Shown here piece by piece: positions 30,107 through 38,505 of a stretch of DNA of 64,000 nt. Source of the DNA: a bacterium (lineage in GTDB: Bacteria > Patescibacteriota > Patescibacteriia > UBA9570). Both the position numbers and the translations under genes were made by a program. Within the stretch, counting starts at the first letter, position 1. The number at the start of each line of letters is the position of its first letter. The notes below the pieces were generated by a model that worked only from the letters and a program-made list of their open reading frames with translations, made no database searches and had not been told where the DNA came from. The stretch is taken from assembly GCA_030698395.1 (NCBI GenBank), contig JAUYKW010000025.1, positions 68,179-132,178 on the forward strand, read 5' to 3'.

Positions 30107-30904
30107 ATGTTGAATGTATTATATATAGGTGATGCTGTTGGAAAAGCTGGGCGCTCTGCTGTAACAAAACTAGTTCCCGAATTAAGGAAAGAACTTTCTC
30201 TTGATGCTGTTTTTCTAAATGCCGAAAATATTGCTCATGGTAATGGAATAACTCCACAAACAATTACCGAGGTTTTAGAAGGTGGGGTGGATTTCTGTTC
30301 TTCTGGAAATCATATTTGGGATAATGAACGAGGCATTGAATACTTAAAATCTTCCGATGCAAAAGTAATAAGGCCGGCTAACTTTTCTGAGTCAGATCCT
30401 GGTGTTGGATGGGCAGAAATGGTTATCGGTGAATACAAGATCCTTTTAATCAATTTAATTGGAGAAGTATTCATGGCCCAAGAAGTAGCCAGCCCCTTTA
30501 CTACGGCAGATAAAATTCTCGAACAAATCAATCCAAAAGATTACTCAGCAATTTTTGTAGACCTTCACGCTGAGGCTACCAGTGAAAAACAGGCACTTGC
30601 ACACTACTTAGATGGTCGGGTTACTGCTGTTGTAGGAACGCACACTCATGTACCAACAGCTGATTTGCGCGTCTTACCAAAGGGCACTGGTCTTGTTTGT
30701 GATTTAGGATATGTAGGTGCCCGTGATTCTGTTCTAGGCTTTGATGTAGCAAAAGTACTTGAAAGATTTTTATCTCAAACACACGTCTCGTTGCCTCCGA
30801 TTGAATCCGGTCCAACCCTTTTTAACTCTGTATTATTTACGATTGATCCTAATACAAGGTTACTAAATAAAATTCAAAGAATTGACCGTGAAATTGAGGT
30901 GTAA
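30107..30904 (+). CDS. ymdB: YmdB-like metallophosphoesterase (TIGR00282 family)
   Basis: Start set at MLNVLYIGDAVGKAGR (after rny stop); calcineurin-like GDxxG and GNH motifs; conserved rny-ymdB pairing. Confidence 0.75.
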   Translation: MLNVLYIGDAVGKAGRSAVTKLVPELRKELSLDAVFLNAENIAHGNGITPQTITEVLEGGVDFCSSGNHIWDNERGIEYLKSSDAKVIRPANFSESDPGVGWAEMVIGEYKILLINLIGEVFMAQEVASPFTTADKILEQINPKDYSAIFVDLHAEATSEKQALAHYLDGRVTAVVGTHTHVPTADLRVLPKGTGLVCDLGYVGARDSVLGFDVAKVLERFLSQTHVSLPPIESGPTLFNSVLFTIDPNTRLLNKIQRIDREIEV

Positions 30905-30949
30905 TATACTAACATTAGATATAATTCACGTTTCTCTAACATATCTCTT

Positions 30950-31252
30950 ATGAACAAAGCATCATTAATTGACACCTTAGTAGAAAAAACTGGTCTTAAC
31001 AAAAAAGACGTCGAGGCTGTTTTGGACACAACGCTAGATACTATAGTTGCTACCCTCCAAAACAATGGCGATGTAAACCTAACTGGGTTTGGAAAATTTT
31101 CTGCTCGAACCCGTTCTGCTAGAATGGGTGTCGATCCTCAAAATCCAAGCAATCGAATACAAGTACCTGCTGTTGTTGTGCCAAAGTTTAAAGCTGGTAA
31201 AGCATTAAAAGATGCTCTGAAACATACCGCTCCAAAGAATCCAACCGAATAG
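30950..31252 (+). CDS. hup: HU family DNA-binding protein
   Basis: MNKASLIDTLVEKTGLNKKDVEAVLD ... GFGKFSARTR ... arm motif. Confidence 0.85.
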   Translation: MNKASLIDTLVEKTGLNKKDVEAVLDTTLDTIVATLQNNGDVNLTGFGKFSARTRSARMGVDPQNPSNRIQVPAVVVPKFKAGKALKDALKHTAPKNPTE

Positions 31253-31313
31253 AGCTTGCACATTTAAGATTAATCCGATAAACTCCTAAAGACGTGCTGA
31301 GGCGCGTTCCTTT

Positions 31314-31387
31314 GCGCCGGTAGCTCAACTGGATAGAGTGCTTGGCTTCGGACCAAGAGGTTATAGGTTCGAATCCTATCCGGCGCA
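31314..31387 (+). tRNA. tRNA-Arg (anticodon TCG)
   Basis: Acceptor GCGCCGG/CCGGCGC, anticodon stem CTTGG/CCAAG with loop CTTCGGA, T-arm ATAGG-TTCGAAT-CCTAT. Confidence 0.75.
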
Positions 31388-31392
31388 CACTA

Positions 31393-31465
31393 GGGCCGTT
31401 AGCTCAGTTGGTAGAGCAATCGCCTCTTAAGCGAATGGTCATAGGTTCAAATCCTGTACGGCCCA
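31393..31465 (+). tRNA. tRNA-Lys (anticodon CTT)
   Basis: Acceptor GGGCCGT/ACGGCCC, anticodon loop CTCTTAA, T-arm ATAGG-TTCAAAT-CCTGT. Confidence 0.75.
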
Positions 31466-31467
31466 CA

Positions 31468-31497
31468 AACCCCCGCTAATTGCGGGGTGTTTTTTAT
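31468..31497 (+). terminator. intrinsic terminator after tRNA pair
   Basis: CCCCGC-TAATT-GCGGGG hairpin followed by TGTTTTTT. Confidence 0.65.
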
Positions 31498-31548
31498 TAA
31501 TTATTTACATATGGTAAACTAGCCATACTACTCATTAATAATACACAT

Positions 31549-31709
31549 ATGATAATTTCAACAACAGATAAAATACCAAACAAAGAATGGTCGAGGACGC
31601 CGAGAAAGTAAACGCCGATGCCATAGTCAATGTTAGGCTCACTACGTCTATGGTTATGCAGGGAGCAGCAGAAATTCTAGCCTATGGTACTGCAGTAAAG
31701 TTTAGATAA
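31549..31709 (+). pseudogene. YbjQ/UPF0145 (DUF74) family gene remnant with internal deletion and frameshift
   Basis: Frame A gives MIISTTDKIPNKEW (typical family N-terminus) then stops; the +1 frame continues as VEDAEKVNADAIVNVRLTTSMVMQGAAEILAYGTAVKF (typical family C-terminus); the middle of the about 105-aa protein is missing. Confidence 0.5.
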
Positions 31710-31710
31710 A

Positions 31711-31845
31711 TGGATCTCATAGGAACATTAATATTTAGTGCATACGGATTATTCTGGGGAATATGTTTAGTGATTTTAGTTTTTCTAATCTTTAGAAGAA
31801 TTAAGATTAAGAAAAATGAAGACTTTGACGATAGAGACAACTAAC
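31711..31845 (+). CDS. hypothetical 44-aa single-TM peptide
   Basis: MDLIGTLIFSAYGLFWGICLVILVFLIFRRIKIKKNEDFDDRDN; small ORF not in supplied track; weak support. Confidence 0.2.
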
Positions 31846-31897
31846 TTTCTCTTATAAAAAAGTTTCAAAAAACATCTCCTCAGGGATATTTTTATTT

Positions 31898-32950
31898 TTA
31901 CTCATCCAACAAAGAAGGATTTTGCATGTAACCACTAACCAAGTCTCGATCAACCAAGCCCTCATCATGTAACTTTTTTAAACTAAGGTCCAATGTAATC
32001 ATCCCGCTATCCGCTGAAGTTTGTAAAACTGTCTGTAATTGTGGAATTTTATTTTCCCTGATTAAATTTGAAACTGCAGAAGTATTAATCATAACTTCTC
32101 TAGCTGCTACTCTACCACCACCTACTCGGGGGACCAGTTGTTGAGACACAACCGCTCTTAATTCCATTGATAACTGAAGACGAATTTGCTCCTGTTGATA
32201 AGGAGGAAATACATCAATAATTCTATCTATTGTCTCGCTTGAACCTAAGGTATGTAAAGTTGCAAAAACTAAATGTCCTGTTTCCGCAACTGTAAGTGCG
32301 GCAGATATTGTTTCTAAATCTCGCATTTCACCAACCATAATAATATTCGGATCTTGCCGTACTACATGTTTTAATGCCGTACTGAAAGAAAGAAAATCTC
32401 TATCCATTTCACGTTGACGAATCAAGCTTTTATCAGATGTAAAAATATACTCAATAGGATCCTCTAAAGTAATAATATGCTCTCTTCTCTCCTTGTTTAT
32501 TAAATTAATCATTGCTGCCAAGGAAGTTGATTTACCACAACCCGTAGGTCCTGTTACTAAAACCAATCCTTGTTTTAAACGTGTCAGCTCATATACTATG
32601 TCTGGCATACCAAGATCTTCCATGGTTGGTATCTGCATTGGAATCACTCTTGCAACCATGCCAACATACCCTCTTTCCCAATGAATATTTACTCTAAAAC
32701 GAACTCCATTCGGTATTTGATAAGCAAAATCAAGCTCTCGTTCCTTTATAAACCTTTGTTTTCGTTGCGGAGACAACATAGAATAAACTAGTTCTTCCGT
32801 TATATTTGCCTGCAATTGTTCTTCCTCTTCAATTTCCATCAACACTCCATCAACCCTCATTAATGGTTTCTTTCCTACAAAAAAATGTACATCAGATGCT
32901 CTTCTGCTGGCTGCTAATCCTAATATTTTATCAACGTATTCAGTCGTCAT
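31898..32950 (-). CDS. pilT: type IV pilus retraction ATPase PilT family
   Basis: Walker A GPTGCGKST, Asp box, His box of the PilT/GspE secretion ATPases, about 350 aa typical of PilT. Confidence 0.85.
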   Translation of the reverse strand: MTTEYVDKILGLAASRRASDVHFFVGKKPLMRVDGVLMEIEEEEQLQANITEELVYSMLSPQRKQRFIKERELDFAYQIPNGVRFRVNIHWERGYVGMVARVIPMQIPTMEDLGMPDIVYELTRLKQGLVLVTGPTGCGKSTSLAAMINLINKERREHIITLEDPIEYIFTSDKSLIRQREMDRDFLSFSTALKHVVRQDPNIIMVGEMRDLETISAALTVAETGHLVFATLHTLGSSETIDRIIDVFPPYQQEQIRLQLSMELRAVVSQQLVPRVGGGRVAAREVMINTSAVSNLIRENKIPQLQTVLQTSADSGMITLDLSLKKLHDEGLVDRDLVSGYMQNPSLLDE

Positions 32951-32999
32951 GGTTTTTACCTATTGTGAAACTTTATTATTATGATACAATTAGTATAGC

Positions 33000-33458
33000 A
33001 TGAAAACAGTCGTTTGTCAATCACAATCAGAAGGTGTCACAAAAGCTCTTGGCCGCAAGCTGGGTGAAAATTTATCTATGGCTGGAATTATTTTGCTTGA
33101 AGGAGAGCTTGGGGCTGGCAAAACTACTTTTATTCAGGGGTTAGCAGAAGGGCTAGGTATTTCTGAGGCAATTACTAGCCCAACTTTCACCATCATGAAC
33201 GTCTTTCCAAATACAACCCACTCGATAATAAAAACATTTATTCATATCGATTTATATCGTATTTCATCTGAAGATTCAATTGAAGATATTGATGTCGACC
33301 AATACATTAACGATCCTTCGGCATTAGTAGTTGTAGAGTGGCCAGAAAGAATACCTGGGCTTTGGAAAGATTCAATAGGAAAAATTAGTCTTGAAACAAA
33401 AGAATTACATCATCGATCTATAATTTTCTCGGGATCAATTGCTTCTTTGATGAGCTGA
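33000..33458 (+). CDS. tsaE: tRNA threonylcarbamoyladenosine biosynthesis protein TsaE
   Basis: GELGAGKTTF P-loop and SPTFTI motif. Confidence 0.8.
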   Translation: MKTVVCQSQSEGVTKALGRKLGENLSMAGIILLEGELGAGKTTFIQGLAEGLGISEAITSPTFTIMNVFPNTTHSIIKTFIHIDLYRISSEDSIEDIDVDQYINDPSALVVVEWPERIPGLWKDSIGKISLETKELHHRSIIFSGSIASLMS

Positions 33459-33767
33459 TGCTGTAGCTGGCATTCCAACCTCTGTAGCTTCAATTTCACT
33501 CTCTAATACCTCGCTCGGCAGTACTGCGTCCATAACAATCATCCGATCTACGGTGATGCTAACCACCTGACTTGGAGCAATACTTAACAATGAAGATCCA
33601 ATTATATTTTTTAGTAGTTCATCTACTAATTTATTTTTTCCAACATAATATTTTACGATCACATGATCGTCTATGCTCAAGTCTGCATCAACAATATTTC
33701 CTAAAAAATAATCAGTTTCGGTATAAACTGGTAAATTAATCAATTGCTTTAGGTTGATCTTTGGCAT
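33435..33767 (-). CDS. PRC-barrel-like domain protein (hypothetical)
   Basis: Pattern LPVYTETDYFLGNIVDADLSIDDHVIV ... VVSITVDRMIV consistent with PRC barrel; overlaps ends of tsaE and yidC, so could alternatively be non-coding. Confidence 0.35.
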   Translation of the reverse strand: MPKINLKQLINLPVYTETDYFLGNIVDADLSIDDHVIVKYYVGKNKLVDELLKNIIGSSLLSIAPSQVVSITVDRMIVMDAVLPSEVLESEIEATEVGMPATASAHQRSN

Positions 33768-34530
33768 CGTCTTTGTTCCAATCTTTTTTTACTCTAAAAA
33801 AGTATAGTTGTTGTCCTAAACTAAATAATGTTGATACCAACCAGTACAGCGTTACACCGGCAGGGAACTGATAACCAAACACAATCGTAATAATTGGTAA
33901 AAAATATGTCATTTGCTTACTAATGGCTGCTGCTGTGTTTTCATCTTTAGCCCCTTCGCTCTTTACTTCTGTGCGTTTTGATTGCATTGTCTTTCCTTGT
34001 ATAAATGCAGCAATTCCCGCTAATACAGCTAATACTATATTATGTGTAGCTGAAAGATCTAAAAAACCAAACATCTGTGTGTCTATTGGCATTGTGGTAT
34101 AGATGTTAGCTAGATATCCATACAAATGCTGTATTTGATCTGCCGCTAGTAAATGTGTTTCAGGGTCCACTCCTAGTCCTTGGAAAAAAGCTCTGTATAA
34201 AGCAAGTAGAATTGGCAATTGAATAAGCAATGGTAAGCAAGAAGCAAAAGGATTAACTTTGTTATTCTTATAAAATGCCATTAATTGACGCCCTAATTCC
34301 TCTTTATCGTCTTTGTACTTTTCTCTAATCTCTTCAACTTTTGGCTGAGTTTCCTGTAGGTTCTTTTGTGCCTTTAATGATGATAATGATGGCCAAAATA
34401 ATAAAACTTTTATGAATACCGTTAAAACAATAATTGCTATCCCCATATCACTGCCAGGCAGAATATGATAAAGATAAATTAAAGCATTAAATATCGGCTC
34501 GTATAAAAAGGTATTGTATAATTCCGTCAT
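33736..34530 (-). CDS. yidC: membrane protein insertase YidC (short form)
   Basis: Conserved 60-kDa-IMP core NPFASCLPLLIQLPILLALYRAF, five TM helices. Confidence 0.85.
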   Translation of the reverse strand: MTELYNTFLYEPIFNALIYLYHILPGSDMGIAIIVLTVFIKVLLFWPSLSSLKAQKNLQETQPKVEEIREKYKDDKEELGRQLMAFYKNNKVNPFASCLPLLIQLPILLALYRAFFQGLGVDPETHLLAADQIQHLYGYLANIYTTMPIDTQMFGFLDLSATHNIVLAVLAGIAAFIQGKTMQSKRTEVKSEGAKDENTAAAISKQMTYFLPIITIVFGYQFPAGVTLYWLVSTLFSLGQQLYFFRVKKDWNKDDAKDQPKAID

Positions 34531-34542
34531 CTTTTGTTAAAT

Positions 34543-34821
34543 TTATTTTTTCTTTATCTCTATCTGTTTAGTAGGAACTGGATCGTATCCACCTTTGCTA
34601 ATTGGATTACATCTAAATATTCTTTTTGTTCCCATCCACATTCCTTTAGTGATACCATATATCTCAATTGCTTCGTAGGTATATTCGGAACAAGTAGGTC
34701 TGTATTTGCAACCATGGAAAGTCGCTTGTGAAAACCAACCATGATCTGGAGAAAAAGTTTGCTGATAAACCCGAATTAACTTTAAGACGAGATAGCGTGA
34801 TAAAAATTTATTTTGCCCCAT
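34543..34821 (-). CDS. yidD: membrane protein insertion efficiency factor YidD
   Basis: YRPTCSEY and CNP..GGYDPVP motifs. Confidence 0.85.
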   Translation of the reverse strand: MGQNKFLSRYLVLKLIRVYQQTFSPDHGWFSQATFHGCKYRPTCSEYTYEAIEIYGITKGMWMGTKRIFRCNPISKGGYDPVPTKQIEIKKK

Positions 34822-35155
34822 GTTTATTTATCTTTATCAACAGCCTATCAACAGCCCTGTCTAATTCGGCATATGTTGCACTTTTTGACTGAGCTTGTGC
34901 TATTAACAATATATCATGAGGTATGTTTATATCCTCAATTTTTTGACTAATAGCGGACCGGATTCTTCTTTTTACACTATTTCTGTCCACAGCATGTGCA
35001 GAAACTCTTTTTGACACCACAACAGCAACTCTAGACTCGGATCCTTGATTTTGTTGATAAATCATTCTTATAAGAGGATTATGCACCTTCGTACCCTCCT
35101 TAAATAAGCGTTCAATGTCTGACCTTCTTCTAAGCCGCTGCTGTGATGGCAACAT
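34808..35155 (-). CDS. rnpA: ribonuclease P protein component
   Basis: Basic RnpA pattern ([15 protein letters not shown]) and position between rpmH and yidD. Confidence 0.8.
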   Translation of the reverse strand: MLPSQQRLRRRSDIERLFKEGTKVHNPLIRMIYQQNQGSESRVAVVVSKRVSAHAVDRNSVKRRIRSAISQKIEDINIPHDILLIAQAQSKSATYAELDRAVDRLLIKINKHGAK

Positions 35156-35161
35156 ATAACA

Positions 35162-35299
35162 TTACGCAGAAAGCTTCTTTCTGCCCTTAGCGCGCCTTTT
35201 TTTCAGTACCTTAACACCTGTAGAAGTACTTGCTCGTTTACGAAAACCGTGCGTTTTAGCACGTGATCGTTTTTTCGGTTGATATGTCCTTTTAGGCAT
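35162..35299 (-). CDS. rpmH: 50S ribosomal protein L34
   Basis: Not in ORF track (45 aa); reverse complement translates to [45 protein letters not shown]. Confidence 0.85.
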   Translation of the reverse strand: MPKRTYQPKKRSRAKTHGFRKRASTSTGVKVLKKRRAKGRKKLSA

Positions 35300-35441
35300 A
35301 CAATTTCTTCAAAATTTAGCCAGTATAGTATAGCGACAAGATACCTATTTGACAAGATACACACAACATCCACAGGTTGTTCACATGGACTGCACAAGTA
35401 AAATATTTTTCCACAAGTGTTGTGTGTTAATATAATATCCT

Positions 35442-36839
35442 ATGGATTCAAAACAGTTATGGGAAGCCTGCTTAGGAGAGTTAGAACTTTCTTTAACCAA
35501 GGCAAATTTTACAACCTGGTTTAAAAACACATTCATTTTAGAATATCAAGAATCTTCTGTGATTGTAGGAGTGCCAAACGCTTTTACAAAAACTTGGATG
35601 GAAAATAAATACCACCATAAAATACTAGATTCACTTCAAAGTATTACCGAAGATAAAATTAAACAGGTTTCTTTTAAAGTAGCACCTATCAGTAAACAAG
35701 AAACTTTTTTAGTAGATAAAGAAGCTGAGGAAGAAGAAAAAATTGAAGCCAAACCTATTTCCGAACCTATAATTACACAAGCTCCAGTTGCTACATTTAA
35801 AACAACAGCTCCAAAGGACTCAGATTTAAATCCTAGATATCTATTCGATTCTTTTGTAGTAGGAAAAAAATCTGAACTTGCTCACGCAGCATGTAGAGCT
35901 GTTAGTGAAAATCCAGCAACAATTTACAATCCATTGTTTATTTACGGCGGTGTAGGATTAGGAAAAACTCATTTAATGCAAGCTGTTGGCAATGAAATAC
36001 ATGCTCGCGCTCAAAAAAAGAAAGTTTTATACACACCTTGTGAAACATTCACTAATGAATATATCAAATCAGTGACAATGGGTAAGGCAGATACTTTTAA
36101 AGATAAATATCGCTCTGTAGATGTGTTGTTAGTAGATGACATTCAGTTCCTTGCTGGCAAAGAGGGCACTCAAGAAGCCTTCTTTCACACCTTCAACTTC
36201 TTACATCAAAATGATAAACAAATTGTTATTAGTTCTGATCGTCCTCCAAAGGCAATTCCTACATTAGAAGACCGTTTAGTATCACGTTTTGAATGGGGAA
36301 TGATAGTTGATATTGGTGCGCCAGATCTAGAAACGAGAATCGCGATTTTGCGAAGTAAATGTGAAAGTAAAAAAGTTAATATTGATGATGAAATAATTAC
36401 CCACATCGCAAAGACTGTCCAAAATAATATCAGAGAATTAGAAGGAGCTTTAAATAGAGTAATTGCCGCAACTCAATTAACAAACGTTCAACCAACTATT
36501 GAAAGTGTAAAAGGTTTATTATCTGGAATAATACAGTCTCCTAAACGCAGTGCTATCACGGGAAAACAAATTATATTAGCTGTCTCTGAATATTATGATA
36601 TTTCTATTGAAAATTTAGTTGGTAGTTCTAGGAAAAAAGGATTGGTAGTGCCCCGACAAATATCTATGTATATTATGCGCGAAGAAATGAGTGCCTCTTA
36701 TCCAGCAATCGGAAGTGAAATTGGTGGACGTGATCACACTACTGCAATGCATGCTTACAATAAAATAAAAAATGAAGTGGTTGAGAATGAAAAACTATCT
36801 CAAGACATCTCATTAATAAAACAAAAACTATACGCTTAG
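35442..36839 (+). CDS. dnaA: chromosomal replication initiator DnaA
   Basis: AAA+ Walker A GGVGLGKTHL, sensor motifs, C-terminal HTH domain IV. Confidence 0.9.
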   Translation: MDSKQLWEACLGELELSLTKANFTTWFKNTFILEYQESSVIVGVPNAFTKTWMENKYHHKILDSLQSITEDKIKQVSFKVAPISKQETFLVDKEAEEEEKIEAKPISEPIITQAPVATFKTTAPKDSDLNPRYLFDSFVVGKKSELAHAACRAVSENPATIYNPLFIYGGVGLGKTHLMQAVGNEIHARAQKKKVLYTPCETFTNEYIKSVTMGKADTFKDKYRSVDVLLVDDIQFLAGKEGTQEAFFHTFNFLHQNDKQIVISSDRPPKAIPTLEDRLVSRFEWGMIVDIGAPDLETRIAILRSKCESKKVNIDDEIITHIAKTVQNNIRELEGALNRVIAATQLTNVQPTIESVKGLLSGIIQSPKRSAITGKQIILAVSEYYDISIENLVGSSRKKGLVVPRQISMYIMREEMSASYPAIGSEIGGRDHTTAMHAYNKIKNEVVENEKLSQDISLIKQKLYA

Positions 36840-37104
36840 TTGATAAGTTGTTTTTTAAGTGTGTACACAATGTTAATAAACCGAGGAAAACATTGTAGTA
36901 AGAACACTAACATCTTGTGGGTAAAAAAACATCAAAAAACACCTTTTTTAATTATCAACACCTTAACTACCGCGTTTTCCTTATCTTATTAACAAACAAA
37001 TTCATATACTAACTAATAAAAATGGCTTTAAAGTAACTTTCCCACATTTCCACAGCCCTTATTATTATTAATAAGTATATTTATAAATTTTTTATCCCCA
37101 TATT
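36840..37104. promoter_or_regulatory. candidate oriC (dnaA-dnaN intergenic, DnaA-box-like 9-mers plus AT-rich tract)
   Basis: Within one mismatch of TTATCCACA: TTATCAACA, TTATCCCCA, TGTGGGTAA (reverse orientation), plus TTTCCACAG; long AT-rich run. The dnaA upstream region 35300..35441 also has TTTTCCACA. Confidence 0.4.
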
Positions 37105-38208
37105 ATGAAATTCTCATGTACACAAGAAAACTTGAATCGTGGGTTACAGATAGTTGGGCACATAGCTAACAGAAATGTAAACTTACCCATCTTACAAAAT
37201 GTATTGATTCAAGCTAAGGATGGAAAAATATCATTATCATCCACAAATCTAGAAATAGGAGTAAGAGTATCTATTAGAGGAAAGATAGAAGAGGAAGGAG
37301 AGTTTACATTACCAGCTCAGTTGCTTTCTAGTTATATAAATGTTCTTACTACTGAAAGAATTGATTGTATTCTAAACGGGAAAGAATTTAATATTATTGC
37401 AGATGAGCAAAACACAGTAGTAAAAGGAGAGATGGCTACTGAATTCCCAATTTTACCAGAAGTTGAAAAAGTAGAGAGTTTTATATTGAATAGAGAGTTA
37501 TTAGAAAGAGCATTGCAACAAGTTGTTATCGCTGCTTCTTTTGATGAAACTAGACCAGAAATTGCAGGAGTATTATTTGATTTCACAAATAATGAATTAA
37601 TTCTAGCTGCAACTGATAGTTATAGATTAGCAGAAAAGAAAATTCCAGTAACAAAACAAGGGAAAGAAATTAAAGTTATTCTTCCTCAACGATCAGCTCA
37701 GGAACTACTTAGGGTGATACAAGCAACAAAAGAGGAAAATGTTATTATTTATGCCTCTGAAACACAATTAGCTTGTGAGATGGGAGAAATTGAATTTGTA
37801 TCACGTGTTATTGAAGGTAACTTTCCTGATTATCACCAAATTATTCCCCAACAAGGAAATACAACAATCTCTCTTGTTTCAACAGATCTTATTACAGCTG
37901 TAAAAGGAGCTGCATTATTCTCAAAAACTGGCATAAATGATGTGAAGCTATCCTTTTCAAAGGAGGATAATACAGTGTCGATTAATGCGGTTAATGCGCA
38001 ATTGGGTGAAAATACAACCAAGCTATCTTGTGTGGTTGAAGGGCAAGATAATACCGCTGTGTTCAATTATCGATATTTATTAGATGGATTGCAACAAGTA
38101 CAAAAAGGGGAGGTTGAAATAAAAATAATTGATAGTATTAGCCCAGGTGTCTTTCGAGGTAAAAGGGATGAAACATATACGTATGTTATTATGCCAATAA
38201 AACAATAA
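37105..38208 (+). CDS. dnaN: DNA polymerase III beta subunit (sliding clamp)
   Basis: Three-domain clamp of about 367 aa immediately after dnaA. Confidence 0.85.
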   Translation: MKFSCTQENLNRGLQIVGHIANRNVNLPILQNVLIQAKDGKISLSSTNLEIGVRVSIRGKIEEEGEFTLPAQLLSSYINVLTTERIDCILNGKEFNIIADEQNTVVKGEMATEFPILPEVEKVESFILNRELLERALQQVVIAASFDETRPEIAGVLFDFTNNELILAATDSYRLAEKKIPVTKQGKEIKVILPQRSAQELLRVIQATKEENVIIYASETQLACEMGEIEFVSRVIEGNFPDYHQIIPQQGNTTISLVSTDLITAVKGAALFSKTGINDVKLSFSKEDNTVSINAVNAQLGENTTKLSCVVEGQDNTAVFNYRYLLDGLQQVQKGEVEIKIIDSISPGVFRGKRDETYTYVIMPIKQ

Positions 38209-38213
38209 AGATT

Positions 38214-38504
38214 GTGCAAAAACTATCCAACAAGGATTTAATGTACCAGTTGAATAGAGCTGGGATAACAGGCGCTGTAAAGGCTAGTCAGGTAATGGAA
38301 GCTGCTGAGCTTTATATTAAAAGCGAATTACCAACGATAAATAAAACAGATCTTCAACCTCTGTTTTTGCGCCAGGGTGTGTTAATGGTGAAGAGTTCTA
38401 GCCCTGCGCTATCACAACTACTAAAAGACCGCGAGAGGGACATTTTGGAGTTTATAAACCAATCAACAGGCTCTAAGGTAATGCGAATTCAGTTCAAAAT
38501 TTGA
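38214..38504 (+). CDS. DUF721 (DciA-like) protein
   Basis: 96 aa; C-terminal pattern ALSQLLKDRERDILEFINQSTGSKVMRIQFKI matches DUF721 family C-terminus; location directly after dnaN is typical. Confidence 0.45.
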   Translation: MQKLSNKDLMYQLNRAGITGAVKASQVMEAAELYIKSELPTINKTDLQPLFLRQGVLMVKSSSPALSQLLKDRERDILEFINQSTGSKVMRIQFKI

Positions 38505-38505
38505 A

